A DNA stretch of 64,000 nt from Yuukianura sp. NJ FZ-2021 (Eukaryota), in assembly GCA_046563655.1 (NCBI GenBank), contig CM102286.1, forward strand, positions 10,292,001 to 10,356,000. The letters run 5' to 3'. Shown piece by piece: positions 25,258-39,797 of the stretch. The translations under genes and the position numbers were made by a program. Under the pieces are notes generated by a model. It was not told the origin of the DNA. It worked only from the letters and a program-made list of their open reading frames with translations, and made no database searches. Every line of letters begins with the position of its first letter. The stretch's first letter is position 1.

Positions 25258-28200
25258 TTCATACTTTGACATGAGTGCAACATTGAACTGCGAAATATTT
25301 ACGTGAGAAAAATTCCAGGAGCACTTGCTCACTGGTAGCCAAAGAAGAGAAGCGTTACGAGGACATTTTTGTTACCAAGCGAACGGGTAAGGCGGATGAT
25401 TCATTTCTGATCAGAATAATTAACAAAAACAAATGTTCAACGGGACGGTCCCGTTTTTCATACTTCGATATGAGTGCAATGTTGAAGTGCGAAATACTAA
25501 CGTGCGAAAAGTTCCAGGAGCATTTGGTCACTGGAAATGAAAAAGAGTGTTACGAGGCAATTTTTGTTATCAAGCGAACGGGTATGGCGGATGATTCATT
25601 TCTGATCAGAATAATTAACAAAAACAAATGTTCACCGGGACGGTCCCGTTTTTCATACTTCGACATGAGTGCAACATTGAAGTGCGAAATATTTACGTGC
25701 GAAACATTCCAGGAGCGTTTGCTCACTGGTAACAAAAGAAGAGCGTTACCAGGACATTTTCTTTATCAAGCGAACGGGTAAGGCGGAAGTTTCATTTCTG
25801 ATCAGAATAATTAACAAAGACAAATGTTCACCGGGACGGTCCCCTTTTGCATACTTCGATATGAGTGCAATATTGAAGCGAAATACTAACGTGCGAAAAG
25901 TTCCAGGAGCATTTGGTCACTGGAAATGAAAAAGAGTGTTACGAGGACATTTTTGTTATCAAGCGAACTGGTAAGGCGGATGATGTATTTCTGATCAGAA
26001 TAATTAACAAAGACAAATGTACACCGGGACGGTCTCGTTTTTCATACTTCGACATGAGTGCAATATTGAAGTGCGAAATACTTACGTGCGAAAAGTTCCA
26101 GGAGCATTTGTTCACTGGAAGTGAAAAAGAGTGTTACGAGGCCATTTTTGTTATCAAGCGAACTGGTAAGGCGGATGATGCATTTCTGATCAGAATAATT
26201 AACAAAGACAAATGTACACCGGAACGGTCTCGTTTTTCATACCTCGACATGAGTGCAATATTGAAGTGCGAAATACTTACGTGCGAAAAGTTCCAGGAGC
26301 ATTTGGTCACTGGAAGTGAAAAAGAGTGTTACGAGGCCATTTTTGTTATCAAGCGAACGGGTAAGGCGGATGATTCATTTCTGATCAGAATGATTAACAA
26401 AGACAAATGTACACCGGGACGGTCTCGTTTTTCATACTTCGACATGAGTGCAATATTGAAGTGCGAAATACTTACGTGCGAAAAGTTCCAGGAGCATTTG
26501 TTCACTGGAAGTGAAAAAAAGTGTTACGAGGCCATTTTTGTTATCAAGCGAACGGGTAAGGCGGATGATGCATTTCTGATCAGAATAATTAACAAAAACA
26601 AATGTTCACCGGGACGGTCCCGTTTTTCATACCTCGACAAGAGTGCAACATTGAAGTGCGAAATATTTACGCGAGAAATATTCCAGGAGCATTTTCTCAC
26701 TGGTAACCAAAGAAGAGCGTTACGAGGACATTTTTGTTATCAAGCGAACGGGTAAGGCGGATGATTCATTTCTGATCAGAATAATTAACAAAAACAAATG
26801 TACACCGGGACGGTCCCGTTTTTCATACTTCGATCTGAGTGCAATGTTGAAGTGCGAAATACTAACGTGCGAAAAGTTCCAGGAGCATTTGGTCACTGGA
26901 AATGAAAAAGAGTGTTACGAGGCAATTTTTGTTATCAAGCGAACGGGTATGGCGGATGATTCATTTCTGATCAGAATAATTAACAAAAACAAATGTTCAC
27001 CGGGACGGTCCCGTTTTTCATACTTCGACATGAGTGCAACATTGAAGTGCGAAATATTTACGTGCGAAACATTCCAGGAGCGTTTGCTCACTGGTAACAA
27101 AAGAAGAGCGTTACCAGGACATTTTCTTTATCAAGCGAACGGGTAAGGCGGAAGTTTCATTTCTGATCAGAATAATTAACAAAGACAAATGTTCACCGGG
27201 ACGGTCCCCTTTTGCATACTTCGATATGAGTGCAATATTGAAGCGAAATACTAACGTGCGAAAAGTTCCAGGAGCATTTGGTCACTGGAAATGAAAAAGA
27301 GTGTTACGAGGACATTTTTGTTATCAAGCGAACGGGTAAGGCGGATGATTCATTTCTGATCAGAATAATTAACAAAGACAAATGTACACCGGAACGGTCT
27401 CGTTTTTCATACTTCGACATGAGTGCAATATTGAAGTGCGAAATACTTACGTGCGAAAAGTTCCAGGAGCATTTGTTCACTGGAAGTGAAAAAGAGTGTT
27501 ACGAGGCCATTTTTGTTATCAAGAGAACGGGTAAGGCGGATGATTCATTTCTGATCAGAATGATTAACAAAGACAAATGTACACCGGGACGGTCTCGTTT
27601 TTCATACTTCGACATGAGTGCAATATTGAAGTGCGAAATACTTACGTGCGAAAAGTTCCAGGAGCATTTGGTCACTGGAAGTGAAAAAGAGTGTTACGAG
27701 GCCATTTTTGTTATCAAGCGAACGGGTAAGGCGGATGATGCATTTCTGATCAGAATAATTAACAAAAACAAATGTTCACCGGGACGGTCCCGTTTTTCAT
27801 ACCTCGACATTAGTGCAACATTGAAGTGCGAAATATTTACGCGAGAAATATTCCAGGAGCATTTTCTCACTGGTAACCAAAGAAGAGCGTTACGAGGACA
27901 TTTTTGTTATCAAGCGAACGGGTAAGGCGGATGATTCATTTCTGATCAGAATAATTAACAAAAACAAATGTACACCGGGACGGTCCCGTTTTTCATACTT
28001 CGATCTGAGTTCAATATTGAAGTGTAAAATACTAACGTGCGAAAAGTTCCAGGAGCGTTTGCTCACTTGTAACAAAAGAAGAGCGTTACGAGGCCATTTT
28101 CTTTATCAAGCGAACGGGTAAGGCGGAAGTTTCATTTCTGATCAGAATAATTAACAAAAACAAATGTTCACCGGGACGGTCCCGTTTTTCATACTTCGAC

Positions 28201-31200
28201 ATGAGTTCAACATTGAAGTGCGAAATATTTACGTGCGAAAAATTCCAGGAGCGTTTGCTCACTGGTAACAAAAGAAGAGCGTTACGAGGCCATTTTCTTC
28301 ATCAAGCGAACGGGCAAGGCGGAAGTTTCATTTCTGATCAGAATAATTAACAAAGACAAATGTACACCGGGACGGTCTCGTTTTTCATACTTCGACATGA
28401 GTGCAATATTGAAGTGCGAAATACTTACGTGCGAAAAGTTCCAGGAGCATTTGTTCACTGGAAGTGAAAAAGAGTGTTACGAGGCCATTTTTGTTATCAA
28501 GCGAACTGGTAAGGCGGATGATGCATTTCTGATCAGAATAATTAACAAAGACAAATGTACACCGGGACGGTCTCGTTTTTCATACTTCGACATGAGTGCA
28601 ACATTGAACTGCGAAATATTTACGTGAGAAAAATTCCAGGAGCACTTGCTCACTGGTAGCCAAAGAAGAGCGTTACGAGGACATTTTTGTTACCAAGCGA
28701 ACGGGTAAGGCGGATGATTCATTTCTGATCAGAATAATTAACAAAAACAAATGTTCAACGGGACGGTCCCGTTTTTCATACTTCGATATGAGTGCAATGT
28801 TGAAGTGCGAAATACTAACGTGCGAAAAGTTCCAGGAGCATTTGGTCACTGGAAATGAAAAAGAGTGTTACGAGGCAATTTTTGTTATCAAGCGAACGGG
28901 TATGGCGGATGATTCATTTCTGATCAGAATAATTAACAAAAACAAATGTTCACCGGGACGGTCCCGTTTTTCATACTTCGACATGAGTGCAACATTGAAG
29001 TGCGAAATATTTACGTGCGAAACATTCCAGGAGCGTTTGCTCACTGGTAACAAAAGAAGAGCGTTACCAGGACATTTTCTTTATCAAGCGAACGGGTAAG
29101 GCGGAAGTTTCATTTCTGATCAGAATAATTAACAAAGACAAATGTTCACCGGGACGGTCCCCTTTTGCATACTTCGATATGAGTGCAATATTGAAGCGAA
29201 ATACTAACGTGCGTAAAGTTCCAGGAGCATTTGGTCACTGGAAATGAAAAAGAGTGTTACGAGGACATTTTTGTTATCAAGCGAACTGGTAAGGCGGATG
29301 ATGTATTTCTGATCAGAATAATTAACAAAGACAAATGTACACCGGGACGGTCTCGTTTTTCATACTTCGACATGAGTGCAATATTGAAGTGCGAAATACT
29401 TACGTGCGAAAAGTTCCAGGAGCATTTGTTCACTGGAAGTGAAAAAGAGTGTTACGAGGCCATTTTTGTTATCAAGCGAACTGGTAAGGCGGATGATGCA
29501 TTTCTGATCAGAATAATTAACAAAGACAAATGTACACCGGAACGGTCTCGTTTTTCATACTTCGACATGAGTGCAATATTGAAGTGCGAAATACTTACGT
29601 GCGAAAAGTTCCAGGAGCATTTGTTCACTGGAAGTGAAAAAGCGTGTTACGAGGCCATTTTTGTTATCAAGCGAACGGGTAAGGCGGATGATTCATTTCT
29701 GATCAGAATGATTAACAAAGACAAATGTACACCGGGACGGTCTCGTTTTTCATACTTCGACATGAGTGCAATATTGAAGTGCGAAATACTTACGTGCGAA
29801 AAGTTCCAGGAGCATTTGGTCACTGGAAGTGAAAAAGAGTGTTACGAGGCCATTTTTGTTATCAAGCGAACGGGTAAGGCGGATGATGCATTTCTGATCA
29901 GAATAATTAACAAAAACGAATGTTCACCGGGACGGTCCCGTTTTTCATACCTCGACATTAGTGCAACATTGAAGTGCGAAATATTTACGCGAGAAATATT
30001 CCAGGAGCATTTTCTCACTGGTAACCAAAGAAGAGCGTTACGAGGACATTTTTGTTATCAAGCGAACGGGTAAGGCGGATGATTCATTTCTGATCAGAAT
30101 AATTAACAAACACAAATGTACACCGGGACGGTCCCGTTTTTCATACTTCGATCTGAGTGCAATGTTGAAGTGCGAAATACTAACGTGCGAAAAGTTCCAG
30201 GAGCATTTGGTCACTGGAAATGAAAAAGAGTGTTACGAGGCAATTTTTGTTATCAAGCGAACGGGTATGGCGGATGATTCATTTCTGATCAGAATAATTA
30301 ACAAAAACAAATGTTCACCGGGACGGTCCCGTTTTTCATACTTCGACATGAGTGCAACATTGAAGTGCGAAATATTTACGTGCGAAACATTCCAGGAGCG
30401 TTTGCTCACTGGTAACAAAAGAAGAGCGTTACCAGGACATTTTCTTTATCAAGCGAACGGGTAAGGCGGAAGTTTCATTTCTGATCAGAATAATTAACAA
30501 AGACAAATGTTCACCGGGACGGTCCCCTTTTGCATACTTCGATATGAGTGCAATATTGAAGCGAAATACTAACGTGCGAAAAGTTCCAGGAGCATTTGGT
30601 CACTGGAAATGAAAAAGAGTGTTACGAGGACATTTTTGTTATCAAGCGAACGGGTAAGGCGGATGATTCATTTCTGATCAGAATAATTAACAAAGACAAA
30701 TGTACACCGGAACGGTCTCGTTTTTCATACTTCGACATGAGTGCAATATTGAAGTGCGAAATACTTACGTGCGAAAAGTTCCAGGAGCATTTGTTCACTG
30801 GAAGTGAAAAAGAGTGTTACGAGGCCATTTTTGTTATCAAGAGAACGGGTAAGGCGGATGATTCATTTCTGATCAGAATGATTAACAAAGACAAATGTAC
30901 ACCGGGACGGTCTCGTTTTTCATACTTCGACATGAGTGCAATATTGAAGTGCGAAATACTTACGTGCGAAAAGTTCCAGGAGCATTTGGTCACTGGAAGT
31001 GAAAAAGAGTGTTACAAGGCCATTTTTGTTATCAAACGAACTGGTAAGGCGGATGATGCATTTCTGATCAGAATAATTAACAAAAACGAATGTTCACCGG
31101 GACGGTCCCGTTTTTCATACCTCGACATTAGTGCAACATTGAAGTGCGAAATATTTACGCGAGAAATATTCCAGGAGCATTTTCTCACTGGTAACCAAAG

Positions 31201-34200
31201 AAGAGCGTTACGAGGACATTTTTGTTATCAAGCGAACGGGTAAGGCGGATGATTCATTTCTGATCAGAATAATTAACAAAAACAAATGTACACCGGGACG
31301 GTCCCGTTTTTCATACTTCGATCTGAGTTCAATATTGAAGTGTAAAATACTAACGTGCGAAAAGTTCCAGGAGCGTTTGCTCACTTGTAACAAAAGAAGA
31401 GCGTTACGAGGCCATTTTCTTTATCAAGCGAACGGGTAAGGCGGAAGTTTCATTTCTGATCAGAATAATTAACAAAAACAAATGTTCACCGGGACGGTCC
31501 CGTTTTTCATACTTCGACATGAGTTCAACATTGAAGTGCGAAATATTTACGTGCGAAAAATTCCAGGAGCGTTTGCTCACTGGTAACAAAAGAAGAGCGT
31601 TACGAGGCCATTTTTGTTATCAAGCGAACGGGTAAGGCGGATGATGCATTTCTGATCAGAATAATTAACAAAAACAAATGTTCACCGGGACGGTCCCGTT
31701 TTTCATACCTCGACATGAGTGCAACATTGAAGTGCGAAATATTTACGCGAGAAATATTCCAGGAGCATTTTCTCACTGGTAACCAAAGAAGAGCGTTACG
31801 AGGACATTTTTGTTATCAAGCGAACGGGTAAGGCGGATGATTCATTTCTGATCAGAATAATTAACAAAAACAAATGTACACCGGGACGGTCCCGTTTTTC
31901 ATACTTCGATCTGAGTTCAATATTGAAGTGTAAAATACTAACGTGCGAAAAGTTCCAGGAGCGTTTGCTCACTTGTAACAAAAGAAGAGCGTTACGAGGC
32001 CATTTTCTTTATCAAGCGAACGGGTAAGGCGGAAGTTTCATTTCTGATCAGAATAATTAACAAAAACAAATGTTCACCGGGACGGTCCCGTTTTTCATAC
32101 TTCGACATGAGTTCAACATTGAAGTGCGAAATATTTACGTGCGAAAAATTCCAGGAGCGTTTGCTCACTGGTAACAAAAGAAGAGCGTTACGAGGCCATT
32201 TTCTTCATCAAGCGAACGGGCAAGGCGGAAGTTTCATTTCTGATCAGAATAATTAACAAAGACAAATGTACACCGGGACGGTCTCGTTTTTCATACTTCG
32301 ACATGAGTGCAATATTGAAGTGCGAAATACTTACGTGCGAAAAGTTCCAGGAGCATTTGTTCACTGGAAGTGAAAAAGAGTGTTACGAGGCCATTTTTGT
32401 TATCAAGCGAACTGGTAAGGCGGATGATGCATTTCTGATCAGAATAATTAACAAAGACAAATGTACACCGGGACGGTCTCGTTTTTCATACTTCGACATG
32501 AGTGCAACATTGAACTGCGAAATATTTACGTGAGAAAAATTCCAGGAGCACTTGCTCACTGGTAGCCAAAGAAGAGCGTTACGAGGACATTTTTGTTACC
32601 AAGCGAACGGGTAAGGCGGATGATTCATTTCTGATCAGAATAATTAACAAAAACAAATGTTCAACGGGACGGTCCCGTTTTTCATACTTCGATATGAGTG
32701 CAATGTTGAAGTGCGAAATACTAACGTGCGAAAAGTTCCAGGAGCATTTGGTCACTGGAAATGAAAAAGAGTGTTACGAGGCAATTTTTGTTATCAAGCG
32801 AACGGGTATGGCGGATGATTCATTTCTGATCAGAATAATTAACAAAAACAAATGTTCACCGGGACGGTCCCGTTTTTCATACTTCGACATGAGTGCAACA
32901 TTGAAGTGCGAAATATTTACGTGCGAAACATTCCAGGAGCGTTTGCTCACTGGTAACAAAAGAAGAGCGTTACCAGGACATTTTCTTTATCAAGCGAACG
33001 GGTAAGGCGGAAGTTTCATTTCTGATCAGAATAATTAACAAAGACAAATGTTCACCGGGACGGTCCCCTTTTGCATACTTCGATATGAGTGCAATATTGA
33101 AGCGAAATACTAACGTGCGTAAAGTTCCAGGAGCATTTGGTCACTGGAAATGAAAAAGAGTGTTACGAGGACATTTTTGTTATCAAGCGAACTGGTAAGG
33201 CGGATGATGTATTTCTGATCAGAATAATTAACAAAGACAAATGTACACCGGGACGGTCTCGTTTTTCATACTTCGACATGAGTGCAATATTGAAGTGCGA
33301 AATACTTACGTGCGAAAAGTTCCAGGAGCATTTGTTCACTGGAAGTGAAAAAGAGTGTTACGAGGCCATTTTTGTTATCAAGCGAACTGGTAAGGCGGAT
33401 GATGCATTTCTGATCAGAATAATTAACAAAGACAAATGTACACCGGAACGGTCTCGTTTTTCATACTTCGACATGAGTGCAATATTGAAGTGCGAAATAC
33501 TTACGTGCGAAAAGTTCCAGGAGCATTTGTTCACTGGAAGTGAAAAAGCGTGTTACGAGGCCATTTTTGTTATCAAGCGAACGGGTAAGGCGGATGATTC
33601 ATTTCTGATCAGAATGATTAACAAAGACAAATGTACACCGGGACGGTCTCGTTTTTCATACTTCGACATGAGTGCAATATTGAAGTGCGAAATACTTACG
33701 TGCGAAAAGTTCCAGGAGCATTTGGTCACTGGAAGTGAAAAAGAGTGTTACGAGGCCATTTTTGTTATCAAGCGAACGGGTAAGGCGGATGATGCATTTC
33801 TGATCAGAATAATTAACAAAAACAAATGTTCACCGGGACGGTCCCGTTTTTCATACCTCGACATTAGTGCAACATTGAAGTGCGAAATATTTACGCGAGA
33901 AATATTCCAGGAGCATTTTCTCACTGGTAACCAAAGAAGAGCGTTACGAGGACATTTTTGTTATCAAGCGAACGGGTAAGGCGGATGATTCATTTCTGAT
34001 CAGAATAATTAACAAAAACAAATGTACACCGGGACGGTCCCGTTTTTCATACTTCGATCTGAGTGCAATGTTGAAGTGCGAAATACTAACGTGCGAAAAG
34101 TTCCAGGAGCATTTGGTCACTGGAAATGAAAAAGAGTGTTACGAGGCAATTTTTCTTATCAAGCGAACGGGTATGGCGGATGATTCATTTCTGATCAGAA

Positions 34201-37200
34201 TAATTAACAAAAACAAATGTTCACCGGGACGGTCCCGTTTTTCATACTTCGACATGAGTGCAACATTGAAGTGCGAAATATTTACGTGCGAAACATTCCA
34301 GGAGCGTTTGCTCACTGGTAACAAAAGAAGAGCGTTACCAGGACATTTTCTTTATCAAGCGAACGGGTAAGGCGGAAGTTTCATTTCTGATCAGAATAAT
34401 TAACAAAGACAAATGTTCACCGGGACGGTCCCCTTTTGCATACTTCGATATGAGTGCAATATTGAAGCGAAATACTAACGTGCGAAAAGTTCCAGGAGCA
34501 TTTGGTCACTGGAAATGAAAAAGAGTGTTACGAGGACATTTTTGTTATCAAGCGAACGGGTAAGGCGGATGATTCATTTCTGATCAGAATAATTAACAAA
34601 GACAAATGTACACCGGAACGGTCTCGTTTTTCATACTTCGACATGAGTGCAATATTGAAGTGCGAAATACTTACGTGCGAAAAGTTCCAGGAGCATTTGT
34701 TCACTGGAAGTGAAAAAGAGTGTTACGAGGCCATTTTTGTTATCAAGAGAACGGGTAAGGCGGATGATTCATTTCTGATCAGAATGATTAACAAAGACAA
34801 ATGTACACCGGGACGGTCTCGTTTTTCATACTTCGACATGAGTGCAATATTGAAGTGCGAAATACTTACGTGCGAAAAGTTCCAGGAGCATTTGGTCACT
34901 GGAAGTGAAAAAGAGTGTTACAAGGCCATTTTTGTTATCAAACGAACGGGTAAGGCGGATGATGCATTTCTGATCAGAATAATTAACAAAAACGAATGTT
35001 CACCGGGACGGTCCCGTTTTTCATACCTCGACATTAGTGCAACATTGAAGTGCGAAATATTTACGCGAGAAATATTCCAGGAGCATTTTCTCACTGGTAA
35101 CCAAAGAAGAGCGTTACGAGGACATTTTTGTTATCAAGCGAACGGGTAAGGCGGATGATTCATTTCTGATCAGAATAATTAACAAAAACAAATGTACACC
35201 GGGACGGTCCCGTTTTTCATACTTCGATCTGAGTTCAATATTGAAGTGTAAAATACTAACGTGCGAAAAGTTCCAGGAGCGTTTGCTCACTTGTAACAAA
35301 AGAAGAGCGTTACGAGGCCATTTTCTTTATCAAGCGAACGGGTAAGGCGGAAGTTTCATTTCTGATCAGAATAATTAACAAAAACAAATGTTCACCGGGA
35401 CGGTCCCGTTTTTCATACTTCGACATGAGTTCAACATTGAAGTGCGAAATATTTACGTGCGAAAAATTCCAGGAGCGTTTGCTCACTGGTAACAAAAGAA
35501 GAGCGTTACGAGGCCATTTTCTTTATCAAGCGAACGGGTAAGGCGGAAGTTTCATTTCTGATCAGAATAATTAACAAAAACAAATGTTCACCGGGACGGT
35601 CCCGTTTTTCATACTTCGACATGAGTTCAACATTGAAGTGCGAAATATTTACGTGCGAAAAATTCCAGGAGCGTTTGCTCACTGGTAACAAAAGAAGAGC
35701 GTTACGAGGCCATTTTCTTCATCAAGCGAACGGGCAAGGCGGAAGTTTCATTTCTGATCAGAATAATTAACAAAGACAAATGTACACCGGGACGGTCTCG
35801 TTTTTCATACTTCGACATGAGTGCAATATTGAAGTGCGAAATACTTACGTGCGAAAAGTTCCAGGAGCATTTGTTCACTGGAAGTGAAAAAGAGTGTTAC
35901 GAGGCCATTTTTGTTATCAAGCGAACTGGTAAGGCGGATGATGCATTTCTGATCAGAATAATTAACAAAGACAAATGTACACCGGGACGGTCTCGTTTTT
36001 CATACTTCGACATGAGTGCAATATTGAAGTGCGAAATACTTACGTGCGAAAAGTTCCAGGAGCATTTGTTCACTGGAAGTGAAAAAGAGTGTTACGAGGC
36101 CATTTTTGTTATCAAGCGAACTGGTAAGGCGGATGATGCATTTCTGATCAGAATAATTAACAAAGACAAATGTACACCGGGACGGTCTCGTTTTTCATAC
36201 TTCGACATGAGTGCAATATTGAAGTGCGAAATACTTACGTGCGAAAAGTTCCAGGAGCATTTGTTCACTGGAAGTGAAAAAGAGTGTTACGAGGCCATTT
36301 TTGTTATCCAGCGAACTGGTAAGGCGGATGATGCATTTCTGATCAGAATAATTAACAAAGACAAATGTACACCGGGACGGTCCCGTTTTTCATACCTCGA
36401 CATGAGTGCAACATTGAAGTGCGAAATATTAACGTGAGAAAAATTCCAGGAGCATTTTCTCACTGGTAACCAAAGAAGAGCGTTACGAGGACATTTTTGT
36501 TATCAAGCGAACGGGTAAGGCGGATGATTCATTTCTGATCACAATGATTAACAAAGACAAATGTACACCGGGACGGTCTCGTTTTTCATACTTCGACATG
36601 AGTGCAATATTGAAGTGCGAAATACTTACGTGCGAAAAGTTCCAGGAGCATTTGTTCACTGGAAGTGAAAAAGAGTGTTACGAGGCCATTTTTGTTATCC
36701 AGCGAACTGGTAAGGCGGATGATGCATTTCTGATCAGAATAATTAACAAAGACAAACGTACACCGGGACGGTCCCGTTTTTCATACCTCGACATGAGTGC
36801 AACATTGAAGTGCGAAATATTAACGTGAGAAAAATTCCAGGAGCATTTTCTCACTGGTAACCAAAGAAGAGCGTTACGAGGACATTTTTGTTATCAAGCG
36901 AACGGGTAAGGCGGATGATTCATTTCTGATCACAATGATTAACAAAGACAAATGTACACCGGGACGGTCTCGTTTTTCATACTTCGACATGAGTGCAATA
37001 TTGAAGTGCGAAATACTTACGTGCGAAAAGTTCCAGGAGCATTTGTTCACTGGAAGTGAAAAAGAGTGTTACGAGGCCATTTTTGTTATCAAGCGAACTG
37101 GTAAGGCGGATGATGCATTTCTGATCAGAATAATTAACAAAGACAAATGTACACCGGGACGGTCCCGTTTTTCATACCGCGACATGAGTGCAACATTGAA

Positions 37201-39793
37201 GTGCGAAATATTAACGTGAGAAAAATTCCAGGAGCATTTTCTCACTGGTAACCAAAGAAGAGCGTTACGAGGACATTTTTGTTATCAAGCGAACGGGTAA
37301 GGCGGATGATTCATTTCTGATCACAATGATTAACAAAGACAAATGTACACCGGGACGGTCTCGTTTTTCATACTTCGACATGAGTGCAATATTGAAGTGC
37401 GAAATACTTACGTGCGAAAAGTTCCAGGAGCATTTGTTCACTGGAAGTGAAAAAGAGTGTTACGAGGCCATTTTTGTTATCCAGCGAACTGGTAAGGCGG
37501 ATGATGCATTTCTGATCAGAATAATTAACAAAGACAAATGTACACCGGGACGGTCCCGTTTTTCATACCTCGACATGAGTGCAACATTGAAGTGCGAAAT
37601 ATTAACGTGAGAAAAATTCCAGGAGCATTTTCTCACTGGTAACAAAAGAAGAGCGTTACGAGGCCATTTTCTTTATCAAGCGAACGGGTAAGGCGGAAGT
37701 TTCATTTCTGATCAGAATAATTAACAAAGACAAATGTACACCGGGACGGTCCCGTTTTTCATACCGCGACATGAGTGCAACATTGAAGTGCGAAATATTA
37801 ACGTGAGAAAAATTCCAGGAGCATTTTCTCACTGGTAACCAAAGAAGAGCGTTACGAGGACATTTTTGTTATCAAGCGAACGGGTAAGGCGGATGATTCA
37901 TTTCTGATCACAATGATTAACAAAGACAAATGTACACCGGGACGGTCTCGTTTTTCATACTTCGACATGAGTGCAATATTGAAGTGCGAAATACTTACGT
38001 GCGAAAAGTTCCAGGAGCATTTGTTCACTGGAAGTGAAAAAGAGTGTTACGAGGCCATTTTTGTTATCAAGCGAACTGGTAAGGCGGATGATGCATTTCT
38101 GATCAGAATAATTAACAAAGACAAATGTACACCGGGACGGTCCCGTTTTTCATACCGCGACATGAGTGCAACATTGAAGTGCGAAATATTAACGTGAGAA
38201 AAATTCCAGGAGCATTTTCTCACTGGTAACCAAAGAAGAGCGTTACGAGGACATTTTTGTTATCAAGCGAACGGGTAAGGCGGATGATTCATTTCTGATC
38301 ACAATGATTAACAAAGACAAATGTACACCGGGACGGTCTCGTTTTTCATACTTCGACATGAGTGCAATATTGAAGTGCGAAATACTTACGTGCGAAAAGT
38401 TCCAGGAGCATTTGTTCACTGGAAGTGAAAAAGAGTGTTACGAGGCCATTTTTGTTATCCAGCGAACTGGTAAGGCGGATGATGCATTTCTGATCAGAAT
38501 AATTAACAAAGACAAATGTACACCGGGACGGTCCCGTTTTTCATACCTCGACATGAGTGCAACATTGAAGTGCGAAATATTAACGTGAGAAAAATTCCAG
38601 GAGCATTTTCTCACTGGTAACCAAAGAAGAGCGTTACGAGGACATTTTTGTTATCAAGCGAACGGGTAAGGCGGAAGTTTCATTTCTGATCACAATGATT
38701 AACAAAGACAAATGTTCACCGGGACGGTCCCGTTTTTCATACTTCGACATGAGTGCAATATTGAAGTGCGAAATACTTACGTGCGAAAAGTTCCAGGAGC
38801 ATTTGTTCACTGGAAGTGAAAAAGAGTGTTACGAGGCCATTTTTGTTATCCAGCGAACTGGTAAGGCGGATGATGCATTTCTGATCAGAATAATTAACAA
38901 AGACAAATGTACACCGGGACGGTCCCGTTTTTCATACCTCGACATGAGTGCAACATTGAAGTGCGAAATATTAACGTGAGAAAAATTCCAGGAGCATTTT
39001 CTCACTGGTAACAAAAGAAGAGCGTTACGAGGCCATTTTCTTTATCAAGCGAACGGGTAAGGCGGAAGTTTCATTTCTGATCAGAATAATTAACAAAGAC
39101 AAATGTTCACCGGGACGGTCCCGTTTTTCATACTTCGATATGAGTGCAATATTGAAGTGCGAAATACTAACGTGCGAAAAGTTCCAGGAGCATTTGGTCA
39201 CTGGAAATGAAAAAGAGTGTTACGAGCCCATTTTTGTTATCAAGCGAACGGGTATGGCGGATGATTCATTTCTAATCAGAATAATTAACAAAAACAAATG
39301 TTCACCGGGACGTTCCCGTTTTTCATACTTCGACATGAGTGCAACATTGAAGAGCGAAATATTTACGTGAGAAAAATTTCAGGAGCATTTGCTCACTGGT
39401 AGCCAAACAAGAGCGTTACGAGGACGTTTTTGTTATCAAGCGAACAGGTAAAGCGGATGATTCATTTCTGATCAGAATGATTAACAAAGACAAATGTACA
39501 CCGGGACGGTCTCGTTTTTCATACTTCGACATGAGTGCAATATTGAAGTGCGAAATATTTACGTGAGAAAAATTCCAGGAGCATTTGCTCACTGGTAGCC
39601 AAAGAAGAGTGTTACGAGGACATGTTTGTTATCAAGCGAACAGGTAAGGCGGATGATTCATTTCTGATCAGAATGATTAACAAAGACAAATGTACACCGG
39701 GACGGTCCCGTTTTTCATACTTCGACATGAGTGCAACATTGAAGTGCGAAATACTAACGTGAGAAAAGTTCCAGGAGCATTTGGTCACTGGAA
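25258..39793. repeat. 195/196-bp satellite array, ~74 monomers, with higher-order repeats
   Basis: Continuous tandem monomers of two types (GGAA(G/A)TGAAAAAGAGTG vs GGTAAC(C/A)AAGAAGAGCG); block spacings of 1365, 3318, 3906 and 391 bp. Confidence 0.98.
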
Positions 39794-39797
39794 CCTA

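Noticed and set aside
25441..25470. CENP-B box in the satellite monomer
   Set aside because: TCCCGTTT matches one half of the reverse-complement box, but the required CGAA half is absent.
25470..39370. The many ORF-track entries in the 195-bp array as real genes
   Set aside because: They follow from monomer periodicity, are broken by 196-bp and 193-bp units, and show no splice structure or recognisable domain. Kept only as a low-interest finding.
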